Shown: positions 8,792 through 18,338, numbered from the stretch's first letter. The stretch is 64,000 bases of DNA from Flavobacterium sp. (GCA_040393465.1 JBEBUC010000009.1:10979-74978), one strand, 5' to 3'. Numbers and translations are program-made. Notes: a model not told the origin generated them from the letters alone.

Positions 8792-10684
8792 TTATAATTT
8801 AATCACAGTAAAAACTTCCTTAACTCCATTTTTTTTAAATATTATGAAATAGACTCCCGATTTTAACATAGATATATCAATTTTACACATATCCTTTCGA
8901 TTTGTCTCGACAGCATCCATTTGGAGTACATTTTTTCCATTTGTGTCGTAAATTTCGACACTTCCACCATTCATATCCACCCCCCCCATAGTCATACTTA
9001 TATAGTCCGAAGCAGGATTGGGCCAAATTTTAGCCCCCGTGTCAAATTTCATCTCATTTTTGCCGATTTTATCTATTCCAGAAATCAAAATGGAATAATC
9101 TTGTTCTCCTAAAAATAATTTCTTGGAATGCGACACCTTTATAGTATATTCTCCTAACTCTGGGTTAACAATTTCAATCTTTTCAATATTATCTACGTCG
9201 TTAATTCCCTTTTCAGCAATCGGATTTGCGCTATCTTTTTTTAATCGCCATGGATAATATAATATACTGCCCTTTTGTACCAAAACGTTTAAATCCACAA
9301 CCAAATCTGGTGTAGCATCATCGGTTTTACCGAGTTTATCTACACCTTCTTTATCGGTCCAAGAAAGGGTGATTTGTAATTTTTCTGTAGGTTTATTAAC
9401 TTGAATTTTATACGTATTCTCTTCGCCCTGTCCCAAAGCGGTTTCCTCAAAAAAAGCGTCTTGCTGCTCCGTCGCTGCTTTTAAAAAATCAATCCCTTTA
9501 CTCGCATTGATCAACCCCCAACCGAATTGGTTATCCGGCCCATCAGTCAATCCTGCTTCCCTAGCCGTATGTGCCATTAGTCCACGAATACTAGCCGAAG
9601 TCAACGCTTTAGTATGCTCATTTAATATTCCATAATATTGTTGCCAAAGCGCAAAGACCGAAGACACAACTGGAGTAGCCATCGAAGTGCCCGATAACAA
9701 ACCGTAACCGTCTTCTCCTTCATCTATAGTTGACAGCAGACTGACCCCCTGAGCTGCAATGTCCGGTTTAATCCTAAAATCATCCGTTGGACCCCAATTG
9801 CTAAAATCCGTCATGCGAACATCGCGGGGAATTCGATAGCTAGTCACTGGATGAACAGCCGCGACTACTACTGCGTTTTTAGATACCGCCATCGCAGTCA
9901 ATAAATCACTTCCATTCTTTGATGGATTTAACTTATCAGACTCTCTTCTATCATTACCAGCAGCTACCACGGGTTGATAGTATTTCATACTATAAGTCAT
10001 CGCATCTAGTGCCTTTGCTGTTTTTGTATAGGCTCCATAATAATAAACTGGTAACTTCTCCGGATCTAATCCGTAGGAATGATTAGACACCAATAAACCT
10101 TGCGCACTCAACCGGATCATTTCTTCCAAATCGTCGGTCCAATTATTTACCCACAACTTAGCATGAGGAGCTAATCCACGACCTCTACTTAAAGGAGATT
10201 TCTGACCTTCCGAGACCATAGTTCCACTTACGTGTGTTGCATGCTTTGTGATATCACTGTCAGTACTACCGTCTTTAATAATTATTTTCCCCAGAAGGTC
10301 CGAATGATTATACTTTGGAATCCCAGAATCCCAAGCGCCTATAATCATTCCCTCTCCATTTAAGTCCAATCCTTTTATTCCTCCGGAATTAATTTCATCA
10401 ACACCAGCGGTAACAGCAGCAATCTGATTGTATGATTTATAATATAAGTTATTCCCTAAAGCATCAATATCTATCCATTGTCGATTGTCTCGTCCAGAAA
10501 CTGTATCTCTGGACTTTAGGCTTATTGGGGCTCTTTTATACTCCTTAATTAACGCTTCAATCTTATCGGGTTTATAGCCTTCGCTTATTTTTTTCCGCAA
10601 TGAATTGTTTTGTCCAAGAGCAATATTGCCTACAAAAAGGAGTACACCCAAAGTGACTATTTTAAAAAACGACCGTTGGTTCAT
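8792..10684 (-). CDS. S8 (subtilisin-like) serine peptidase with T9SS type A C-terminal sorting domain
   Basis: Catalytic triad motifs GAWDSG, HATHVSGT and GTSMATP; C-terminal KIWPNPASD...ISMLKSGVYFI. Confidence 0.9.
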   Translation of the reverse strand: MNQRSFFKIVTLGVLLFVGNIALGQNNSLRKKISEGYKPDKIEALIKEYKRAPISLKSRDTVSGRDNRQWIDIDALGNNLYYKSYNQIAAVTAGVDEINSGGIKGLDLNGEGMIIGAWDSGIPKYNHSDLLGKIIIKDGSTDSDITKHATHVSGTMVSEGQKSPLSRGRGLAPHAKLWVNNWTDDLEEMIRLSAQGLLVSNHSYGLDPEKLPVYYYGAYTKTAKALDAMTYSMKYYQPVVAAGNDRRESDKLNPSKNGSDLLTAMAVSKNAVVVAAVHPVTSYRIPRDVRMTDFSNWGPTDDFRIKPDIAAQGVSLLSTIDEGEDGYGLLSGTSMATPVVSSVFALWQQYYGILNEHTKALTSASIRGLMAHTAREAGLTDGPDNQFGWGLINASKGIDFLKAATEQQDAFFEETALGQGEENTYKIQVNKPTEKLQITLSWTDKEGVDKLGKTDDATPDLVVDLNVLVQKGSILYYPWRLKKDSANPIAEKGINDVDNIEKIEIVNPELGEYTIKVSHSKKLFLGEQDYSILISGIDKIGKNEMKFDTGAKIWPNPASDYISMTMGGVDMNGGSVEIYDTNGKNVLQMDAVETNRKDMCKIDISMLKSGVYFIIFKKNGVKEVFTVIKL

Positions 10685-10752
10685 TGCTTATATGTATATT
10701 AGTTTTGTTATTTTTACCCCCTAAATGTAATCAAGTCTAAATTAGATTCAAA

Positions 10753-11352
10753 ATGTTACTATCAAACTTTTCTGGAAAACTGATCGAAGCGGGTACCGAC
10801 GAAGCGGGCCGAGGCTGCATTGCGGGGCCTGTCACTGCAGCAGCCGTTATTTTACCCTTTGAATTTCAACATGAAATACTTAACGACTCTAAGAAAATTA
10901 CTGAAAAAACACGTTATTCCCTACGCGAACTGATTGAGCAAGAAGCACTGTCCTTTAAAGTCACTCATTTAAACGAAGCCGTTATTGACGAAATCAACAT
11001 TTTAAATGCCTCCATACAGGCTATGCAAATGTCCTTACAAGAATTAAACCCAACACCAGAATATATTATAGTCGATGGCAATCGGTTTTATCCCGCCAAC
11101 GAAATTCCCTTTCAGTGTATCGTAAAAGGCGATATGAAATATTTAAGCATTGCAGCAGCTTCTATTTTAGCCAAAACCTATAGGGACGATTATATGAATC
11201 AGCTACACGAAGAGTTTCCGATGTATAATTGGAAAAAAAACAAAGGTTATCCCACCAAAGAACACCGCGATGCCATCAGGACTTTCGGTCCTTGTAAATA
11301 CCATCGAACTACTTTTCGATTATTGCCCGAACAGCTTCGTCTCAAAATCTAA
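10753..11352 (+). CDS. rnhB: Ribonuclease HII
   Basis: [34 protein letters not shown] motifs. Confidence 0.95.
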   Translation: MLLSNFSGKLIEAGTDEAGRGCIAGPVTAAAVILPFEFQHEILNDSKKITEKTRYSLRELIEQEALSFKVTHLNEAVIDEINILNASIQAMQMSLQELNPTPEYIIVDGNRFYPANEIPFQCIVKGDMKYLSIAAASILAKTYRDDYMNQLHEEFPMYNWKKNKGYPTKEHRDAIRTFGPCKYHRTTFRLLPEQLRLKI

Positions 11353-11420
11353 TCCTTTCTTACGGCTTACTAAATCCTCGTGGAATAAATCGGTCTCCGC
11401 ATTTGAAACAAGCTGAAAAC

Positions 11421-11465
11421 AAAAAGATTCGCAATCATACCAACGGTACCCTTGCGAATCTTTTT
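11421..11465. terminator. Bidirectional terminator between rnhB and lipB
   Basis: AAAAAGATTCGCAA / TTGCGAATCTTTTT 14-bp stem. Confidence 0.75.
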
Positions 11466-11489
11466 ATCAAAAGAAATCATTCTAAATCT

Positions 11490-12191
11490 TTACGAAACCA
11501 TCTCGGCTTCGAACAACTGAGCAAAATAATAAATAATCTTTTGTTTCACTTCAGTTTCATCTACCTTGTCTACACCCAATTCTACATTTAAAGAAGTGAC
11601 TCCCTTCCCACGTATTCCACAGGGAATAATATTATCGAAGTAGCCCAAGTCTGAGTTAACGTTCAAAGCAAAACCGTGCATGGTTACCCATCGCGATGCA
11701 CGAACACCAAGAGCACAAATTTTCCTCGCAAAAGGAGTACCTACATCGAGCCAAACTCCCGTTTCCCCTTCACTTCTACCCGATTCAATACCATAATCCT
11801 TTAAGGTCAAAATCATTGCCTCCTCCAAAAGCCTAAGATATTTATGTATATCACTAAAGAAGTTTTCCAAATCCAAAATGGGATAACCTACAATTTGACC
11901 CGGTCCGTGATAGGTAATATCACCTCCTCTGTTTATTTTATAAAAAGTAGCCCCTTTTTCTGCCAATTGCTGTTCACTGAGAAGCAAATTTTCGAAATCA
12001 CCACTTTTCCCCAAAGTATACACATGCGGATGTTCTACCATCAAAAAGTAATTTTTGGTCTCGTCTTGTTTTTCCTCTCTTCTATTCGAAATCTTGGTAT
12101 CTATAACACTTTGAAACAATTCTTCTTGGTAAGCCCAAGTATCTTTATAATCTTTATTTCCCAGATCGATTAACTGAACTTTTTTATTCAT
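11490..12191 (-). CDS. lipB: Lipoyl(octanoyl) transferase LipB
   Basis: EHPHVYTLGK, RGGDITYHGPGQ, RKICALG, HGFALNVN, IIPCG motifs. Confidence 0.95.
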   Translation of the reverse strand: MNKKVQLIDLGNKDYKDTWAYQEELFQSVIDTKISNRREEKQDETKNYFLMVEHPHVYTLGKSGDFENLLLSEQQLAEKGATFYKINRGGDITYHGPGQIVGYPILDLENFFSDIHKYLRLLEEAMILTLKDYGIESGRSEGETGVWLDVGTPFARKICALGVRASRWVTMHGFALNVNSDLGYFDNIIPCGIRGKGVTSLNVELGVDKVDETEVKQKIIYYFAQLFEAEMVS

Positions 12192-12200
12192 TTTGTAGCC

Positions 12201-12359
12201 TTATCTATTTGGATTATTTAAAATAATTAATGCAGCAATCACTCCGGGAACCCAACCAAACAAAGTCAAAATTCCTACGATAATCACAGAACCACATCCC
12301 TTATCCAAGACGGCTAAGGGTGGCAAAAAAATTGCTAATATCACGCGCCAAAATCCCAT
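12201..12359 (-). CDS. YqaE/Pmp3 family small membrane protein (52 aa, absent from the ORF track)
   Basis: Manual translation MGFWRVILAIFLPPLAVLDKGCGSVIIVGILTLFGWVPGVIAALIILNNPNR*; matches the family pattern LAIFLPPLAV...GWVPG. Confidence 0.9.
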   Translation of the reverse strand: MGFWRVILAIFLPPLAVLDKGCGSVIIVGILTLFGWVPGVIAALIILNNPNR

Positions 12360-12616
12360 AAAAACCTCCTTTTCAAAAATTAATTCTATTCTAAAACAAC
12401 TCCATTTATACTTTTACAAAGTACGGTATTTTTTCAGAGGAATTCCGACCACTAACCCAAAATATTTTCCCTTCAATCTCACATTAATACCATAAAGGCC
12501 ATTTAAAATGAAACCCCTTAGAAAAATCTTTCTAAAACGAGGTTATAATAAGCGTATTTTTTACCGATAATCGGTTCATTTATAGATTTACAATTGCCTC
12601 CAACTCAAATTATAAC

Positions 12617-12624
12617 TATATTTG
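12617..12624 (+). promoter_or_regulatory. -7 promoter element (TATATTTG) for lysS
   Basis: TAnnTTTG consensus 24 nt upstream of the ATG. Confidence 0.6.
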
Positions 12625-12648
12625 TCGCCTTTATATAAATAGACTATT

Positions 12649-14349
12649 ATGCAACTTTCAGAACAAGAAATCATTCGAAGAGACAAGCTGAGCAAATTAA
12701 AAGAGCTCGGTATCAATCCTTATCCCGCTAACCAATTTGCCGTAGACCATACATCGAAGCAGATAAAGGCTGATTTCGTAGAAGGAAAGAAGGTTGTTGT
12801 AGCCGGTCGATTAATGTCTTCACGCATTCAAGGAAAAGCTTCTTTTGCCGAGATTCAAGATAGTGAAGGACGTATTCAAGTTTACATCAATAGAGATGAA
12901 ATTTGTCCAGGAGAAGACAAAACCCTATATAATGAGGTGTTCAAAAAACTGATAGACTTAGGAGATATAGTGGGTATTGAAGGGGAATTATTTGTTACCC
13001 AAGTTGGTGAAAAAACCCTACGTGCAAAAAGCTTAACTTTATTGAGTAAATCGCTTCGTCCGCTACCGTTGCCAAAGACAGATGCGGACGGTCAAATATT
13101 TGATGCTTTTACCGATCCTGAATTGCGCTATAGAATGCGTTACGTGGATTTAGTGGTCAATCCTATAATTAAGGAAACCTTTATTAAAAGAACGAAATTG
13201 TTCAACGCCATGCGCGAATATTTCAATGAAGCAGGTTATATGGAGGTCGAAACACCTGTTTTACAACCGATTCCTGGAGGTGCAGCTGCACGTCCATTTA
13301 TCACGCATCACAATTCTTTGGATATGCCTTTATATATGAGAATCGCCAATGAACTGTATTTAAAACGTTTGATAGTAGGTGGTTTTGACGGTGTTTATGA
13401 GTTTTCTAAAAACTTCAGAAATGAAGGAATGGACAGAACCCATAACCCAGAGTTTACGGTAATGGAAATCTATGTAGCCTATAAAGACTACAACTGGATG
13501 ATGGACTTTACCGAAAATCTATTAGAACACTGCGCCAAAGCGGTCAATGGAAATACAGAAGCCGTTTTTGGCGAGCATGCGATTAACTTTAAGGCGCCAT
13601 TCAAACGCGTTACTATGGCGGCATCGATTCTGGAGTTTACAGGATTTGATATCAATGGAAAATCAGAAGACGAAATCAGAACCGCGGCTTTAGGTATGGG
13701 AATTCCCGTAAACGAGACCATGGGTAAAGGAAAATTAATCGATGAGATTTTTGGTGAAAAATGTGAAGGTAATTATATACAACCTACGTTTATCACAGAC
13801 TACCCAATTGAAATGTCGCCCTTGACAAAAGTGCATCGCGACAATCCAGAATTAACCGAACGTTTTGAGTTAATGGTTTGCGGAAAAGAAGTAGCCAATG
13901 CCTATTCAGAGCTAAATGACCCTATTGATCAAAGAGAGCGATTTGAGTCTCAAATGGCCTTATCTGAGCGTGGGGACGACGAAGCCATGTTTATTGACCA
14001 AGACTTCCTCAGAGCGTTGGAATACGGTATGCCACCAACTTCTGGTTTGGGAATTGGGATGGACCGTTTGATTATGTTTTTAACCAATAACCCATCCATA
14101 CAAGAAGTTCTTTTCTTCCCACAAATGCGTTTGGAAAAAACAACTCCCACTATTGAATTAAGTGACGAGGAAAAGGAAATTGTCGCTATACTTACAAAAA
14201 ATGAAAACAAGTTGGCCTTAAACGATTTAAAAGACCAATCCGGCTTAAGCGGTAAAAAATGGGATAAAGCCATGAAATCCTTAGCCCAACATCATTTGAC
14301 TACGGTTATTACAGAAGATGACGTAAAAAAGGTTGTTTATCAAGCCTAA
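12649..14349 (+). CDS. lysS: Lysine--tRNA ligase (class II)
   Basis: OB-fold N-terminus, [42 protein letters not shown]; about 65 aa C-terminal extension. Confidence 0.97.
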   Translation: MQLSEQEIIRRDKLSKLKELGINPYPANQFAVDHTSKQIKADFVEGKKVVVAGRLMSSRIQGKASFAEIQDSEGRIQVYINRDEICPGEDKTLYNEVFKKLIDLGDIVGIEGELFVTQVGEKTLRAKSLTLLSKSLRPLPLPKTDADGQIFDAFTDPELRYRMRYVDLVVNPIIKETFIKRTKLFNAMREYFNEAGYMEVETPVLQPIPGGAAARPFITHHNSLDMPLYMRIANELYLKRLIVGGFDGVYEFSKNFRNEGMDRTHNPEFTVMEIYVAYKDYNWMMDFTENLLEHCAKAVNGNTEAVFGEHAINFKAPFKRVTMAASILEFTGFDINGKSEDEIRTAALGMGIPVNETMGKGKLIDEIFGEKCEGNYIQPTFITDYPIEMSPLTKVHRDNPELTERFELMVCGKEVANAYSELNDPIDQRERFESQMALSERGDDEAMFIDQDFLRALEYGMPPTSGLGIGMDRLIMFLTNNPSIQEVLFFPQMRLEKTTPTIELSDEEKEIVAILTKNENKLALNDLKDQSGLSGKKWDKAMKSLAQHHLTTVITEDDVKKVVYQA

Positions 14350-14358
14350 ACCCTATAG

Positions 14359-14400
14359 AAACAGCCTGTTTTGAAAAACCAAAACAGGCTGTTTGTTTTT
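14359..14400 (+). terminator. Intrinsic terminator after lysS
   Basis: AAACAGCCTGTTTTG / CAAAACAGGCTGTTT stem followed by GTTTTT. Confidence 0.85.
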
Positions 14401-14502
14401 AATAAAACCCCAACCAACATGGTTTATAAACTGATAAATCCTACCGTTGGTTAAGTTATTTTGAGCCAAAGAAATCCTTCTCGCACTTATTAAACCATTG
14501 AT

Positions 14503-14510
14503 TATATTTG
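14503..14510 (+). promoter_or_regulatory. -7 promoter element (TATATTTG) for the Sco gene
   Basis: Exact consensus, ending 6 nt before ATG 14517. Confidence 0.6.
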
Positions 14511-14516
14511 CACTCG

Positions 14517-15143
14517 ATGAAAGCTATAGTATTATTTTCTTTTTTAGTTGTTTTTATTTCCTGTTCTACTAATTCGGAAAAGCTTCCGTATTTGGGTAAC
14601 CACAAGGAGGTGATCTCCAGCAGCCAAACGAAAACATTACAGTACTTTAAAGTACCCGATTTCACTTTAACCAATCAGGACCGCATAACCATTACTAATG
14701 AGTCTTTTAAAAACAAAATCTACATTGCAGATTTTATTTTTTTAAAATGCCCAACCATCTGTCCAATCATGAACCAACAACTCAAAAGGGTTTATGATGT
14801 TTTTAAAAACAACGAGGATGTGTTATTTGTTTCCCACACCATCGATCCGCAAAACGATTCGATTCCCGTACTCAAAGCGTACTCCGAACAATTAGGTATA
14901 GATTCCAAAAAATGGCATTTTTTACATGGAGAAAAAAAGGATATTTATAAACTGGCAGAAAAAGGATATTTTTCACAAGCTTATGAAGATTCACAAGCTC
15001 CCGGTGGATATGCTCATAGTGGTGGTTTTATTCTAGTCGACAAAAACCGTCATCTTAGAGGAGTCTATGATGGAACTAATTCCGCAGATGTTGATCGATT
15101 AATAAAAGAAATTGTAATTTTGCTTAATGAAAAATCCAAGTAA
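14517..15143 (+). CDS. SCO family copper chaperone (lipoprotein)
   Basis: CPTIC (CxxxC) motif, FVSHTIDP, conserved His in YAHSG, lipobox FISC. ATG 14517 preferred over TTG 14508, which lies inside the promoter. Confidence 0.9.
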   Translation: MKAIVLFSFLVVFISCSTNSEKLPYLGNHKEVISSSQTKTLQYFKVPDFTLTNQDRITITNESFKNKIYIADFIFLKCPTICPIMNQQLKRVYDVFKNNEDVLFVSHTIDPQNDSIPVLKAYSEQLGIDSKKWHFLHGEKKDIYKLAEKGYFSQAYEDSQAPGGYAHSGGFILVDKNRHLRGVYDGTNSADVDRLIKEIVILLNEKSK

Positions 15144-15518
15144 GTGAAGAAAAGTATTTTAATACTATTACTACTCTCTTTTATTTACCAAAACACTTCG
15201 AGTTTTTGGATCATTTCTGCATTCTATATCAATCGTGACTACATTGCTCAAAATGTATGCATCAACAGGTTTGATTCCATTCCGGTGTGCAACGGAAATT
15301 GTTACCTTCAAAAAGAGCTGTCTGCCGATTCCGACAAAAAACCCGATCTTCCCATCATAAAAATAAAAGAGGTACAGCCCTTTTTTCATGAAACTATCCA
15401 GTACAAAACGGCTTTTACCACAGCTTTTGTTACACCAGTAGTTTATCCCAAATATTATTCGAAATTCATTATTTCTACCTTAGTTTTTTCTTTATTTCAG
15501 CCTCCTGAACTCGCTTAA
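15144..15518 (+). CDS. Cys-motif hypothetical protein 1 (candidate metal-sensing leader / arrest peptide)
   Basis: Hydrophobic N-terminus, DYIAQNVCINRFDSIPVCNGNCYLQKEL, C-terminal LFQPPELA*; paralog of 16721-17089. Confidence 0.8.
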   Translation: MKKSILILLLLSFIYQNTSSFWIISAFYINRDYIAQNVCINRFDSIPVCNGNCYLQKELSADSDKKPDLPIIKIKEVQPFFHETIQYKTAFTTAFVTPVVYPKYYSKFIISTLVFSLFQPPELA

Positions 15519-15561
15519 TTATTTTTAGAATTAGTCGAGTATAAATTAAAAACTAAATATT

Positions 15562-16428
15562 ATGCATTCAAACCGCTTGCCGGTATGCCATATTGGTTTA
15601 TTTGATGATGCGCGTAATTTCTTTATTAGCTCCATTACGGGATTATTAGAAAGATATCCCACTTTGGAATTGCCTCATGAAAGCACCTTTTACACCCTCT
15701 TGATTATTGAGAAAGGAAAAGGCGATGTGGTTATTGATAATAACAGAAAAGACATTGATGATGCGCAAGTAATCATAATAAAACCCCATTGTATTACCGA
15801 ACTAAATATAGATCGCAAAGCTGAAGGGAAAATCATTTGTTTTACAGAAAATTTTTTTTCTTTGAGATATAACAATAATATCCTCAATCAGTTCTCTTTT
15901 TTTAATGGAGAAGCGCATACAACAATCAAAGTACTAGCAGATAATTTGAGCTATATAAACGCGCTATTATCTTTTATGTGTACCGAATATAATAATACAC
16001 GAAAAGTTTCTACTAATGCCCTTCGGTCCTATTTAAATATTCTTTTGATTGAACTAGAACGCATTCACGTACCCTTAAAAACGGTTCATACCAGTAATCC
16101 AGCCCGCGAAAAAGTACAGCATTTTCAAAAATTGATTGCCAAAAACTTTAAGACCAACAAAATGCCCTCGGAATATGCCGAAATGCTTAATCTGAGCACC
16201 AATTACTTAAATAAAATATGCAAAAAAACCTTGGGACAAACCTCCGGTGACCTGATTCGAAAACAACTGGTACTGGAAGCACAGCGATTACTGCACTATA
16301 CCAACTTATCCATTAGTGAAATTGCTTACGAATTGGGATTCGAGCACGCTTCCTACTTTATCACTTTTTTTAAAAAAGGAACCAACCAAACTCCTGAAAA
16401 ATATCGGAAAACCAGAAATGACGAATAA
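15562..16428 (+). CDS. AraC family transcriptional regulator
   Basis: C-terminal double HTH (YAEMLNLSTNYLNKICK; ISEIAYELGFEHASYFITFFKK); N-terminal cupin-like region. Confidence 0.92.
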   Translation: MHSNRLPVCHIGLFDDARNFFISSITGLLERYPTLELPHESTFYTLLIIEKGKGDVVIDNNRKDIDDAQVIIIKPHCITELNIDRKAEGKIICFTENFFSLRYNNNILNQFSFFNGEAHTTIKVLADNLSYINALLSFMCTEYNNTRKVSTNALRSYLNILLIELERIHVPLKTVHTSNPAREKVQHFQKLIAKNFKTNKMPSEYAEMLNLSTNYLNKICKKTLGQTSGDLIRKQLVLEAQRLLHYTNLSISEIAYELGFEHASYFITFFKKGTNQTPEKYRKTRNDE

Positions 16429-16480
16429 GTGCGTTTTCCGAAAATGTAAGTATATGGCTAATAAACCATAGTCTTTTCCA

Positions 16481-16525
16481 GTAAAAAAGCAGTAGGCAGA
16501 CCTATTATACTACTGCTTTTTTTAC
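16481..16525 (+). terminator. Intrinsic terminator after the AraC gene
   Basis: GTAAAAAAGCAGTAG / CTACTGCTTTTTTTAC inverted repeat. Confidence 0.75.
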
Positions 16526-16720
16526 TTAATTGAATACCTAATGTCAAGCTCATTATACAGCAAGACACTAAAAATCATCAACAACAAATTCAAAATTACA
16601 AACCGTAAATACACCTCGGTTTTGTATTTTAAAAAGATGGAGACTTATTTAATCAATCCATTATTTAATACAAACAATCTTAAACTTGGTGATTGATTCA
16701 AAACGATTGACCTTTGCATT

Positions 16721-17089
16721 GTGAAAACAGCTACCCTCATATTATCTCTATTTATCTTGTTCAGACCGGTACTACCGGCTCTGGAATATGTGGTATTTTA
16801 TGATTATATCAAAAATGAACTCTGTGTCAATAAAGACAAGCCAAAAATGGAGTGCAACGGTAAATGTCACCTAAAGAAAGAACTAGCAAAAACCGCTGAA
16901 TCCGATAATAATAAAGCTAAGCAGCATACTTTTTCACTAGAAAAAAACCTGACCTACTACGCCGAAATTTTATGGGAGTTACCTCGAGATTTTGAGGTAA
17001 AAAGCATCTTTAGACCGCTGTTTTCACGCAACAGCCTGTATCATTTCTCTTATGCTACCTTTGTTTTCAGACCCCCATTACACGGCTAA
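16721..17089 (+). CDS. Cys-motif hypothetical protein 2 (candidate metal-sensing leader / arrest peptide)
   Basis: Hydrophobic N-terminus, DYIKNELCVNKDKPKMECNGKCHLKKEL, C-terminal VFRPPLHG*. Confidence 0.8.
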   Translation: MKTATLILSLFILFRPVLPALEYVVFYDYIKNELCVNKDKPKMECNGKCHLKKELAKTAESDNNKAKQHTFSLEKNLTYYAEILWELPRDFEVKSIFRPLFSRNSLYHFSYATFVFRPPLHG

Positions 17090-17412
17090 TTTACAGGGTT
17101 AGTTCGTTATATTATTTATATAGGCATCGGCTAAAGCATTTTCTTTGCTATTTAGTTGTATTGAGCTACCCAAGTATTTTCGATTTTGTCCAATTGGACA
17201 CTACAGAAATTCGCAGCCCCTTAATTCGGCACCAGCCACAGACTGTATTACTATTGTAAAAGAGTCCATGCGGTATCATTGCCCTTGCGATTGTACATAA
17301 AGTGTACTATCCCATTTGTTGTAGGCGTATTTCTCAAAGTTCCGAATTGGCAAAACGATCAAAAATCATTTAGTACGCTGTACTCCACGTCCATTTAAAC
17401 ACACTGCAAGAC

Positions 17413-18333
17413 ATGAAATACTCTATTTATTTTGCAATCGCCCTGTTAGTTGCCCTTACCTCCTGCACCGTAGATAAAACGGATTACGAAGATGAAATAA
17501 ACACTATAGTTCCCGAATATTATGATTTTAAAGAGGTGGTTTCTACCACTATAGGTATTTATAAAATCGATATTCAGGCCTTAAACGGAACTTTGTATAA
17601 AGGTTACAATGAAATTAGGATAAAGATTCTCAATACAGAAAAAAACGAAGTATTGAGCAATGCTGCAGTCGCTTTTTTAGCTGTTTTGAACAAAACAAAT
17701 GGCGACAAAGTTTCGTGTCCTCACAGTTACCATTGGGTGTATAATGCTACCGAAAAATATTATTCCGGATATACAGTATTTCCAAGCGAGAGTGCGGATG
17801 ACAACTGGAAAATACATATTCATTTTGCCGATGCTGATCAAACCGTTTCGGTTATTCAAACTGTTACTGTGAACAAACAAACGAACAAAAACCTGAATAT
17901 GACCGCTTTTACGGGCAAGGATGGCAGGCAATATATCATTGCCTTAAAAGCCCCTCAAAAGCCAACAGTATCCGAAAATCACCTCATCGCAGGAATCTAT
18001 CGGTCCGATTCTCTAAACCATAATGATGGTGCTTTTCCAGATTCTATTTTGGGTTCCTATTCAGAAGTTCAAAATCACAGCTTGCTGTTGGACCCCAGAA
18101 TGCCAGAACCGTCGATGGGCAATCATACTTCGCCTAACAATCAAGATTTGAAACAAGCTGCCGATGGCTTCTACTACGGAGTTGTCAATTATACGATGAC
18201 CGGTAACTGGACCTTGAATTTCATCCTACGCGATCAAAACGGTAAAATCATCAAGGGTACGCCTGTTTCGACAGATTTCACCCCGGGTGTTGAAGGGGCG
18301 AAGAGTGAACTTCATATTGATATTTTATTTTAG
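17413..18333 (+). CDS. YtkA/FixH-like lipoprotein, probable copper-binding accessory protein
   Basis: Lipobox LTSC; Met/His motif PRMPEPSMGNH; YYGVVNYTMTGNWTLNF resembles YtkA-like domains. Confidence 0.6.
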   Translation: MKYSIYFAIALLVALTSCTVDKTDYEDEINTIVPEYYDFKEVVSTTIGIYKIDIQALNGTLYKGYNEIRIKILNTEKNEVLSNAAVAFLAVLNKTNGDKVSCPHSYHWVYNATEKYYSGYTVFPSESADDNWKIHIHFADADQTVSVIQTVTVNKQTNKNLNMTAFTGKDGRQYIIALKAPQKPTVSENHLIAGIYRSDSLNHNDGAFPDSILGSYSEVQNHSLLLDPRMPEPSMGNHTSPNNQDLKQAADGFYYGVVNYTMTGNWTLNFILRDQNGKIIKGTPVSTDFTPGVEGAKSELHIDILF

Positions 18334-18338
18334 TAACT

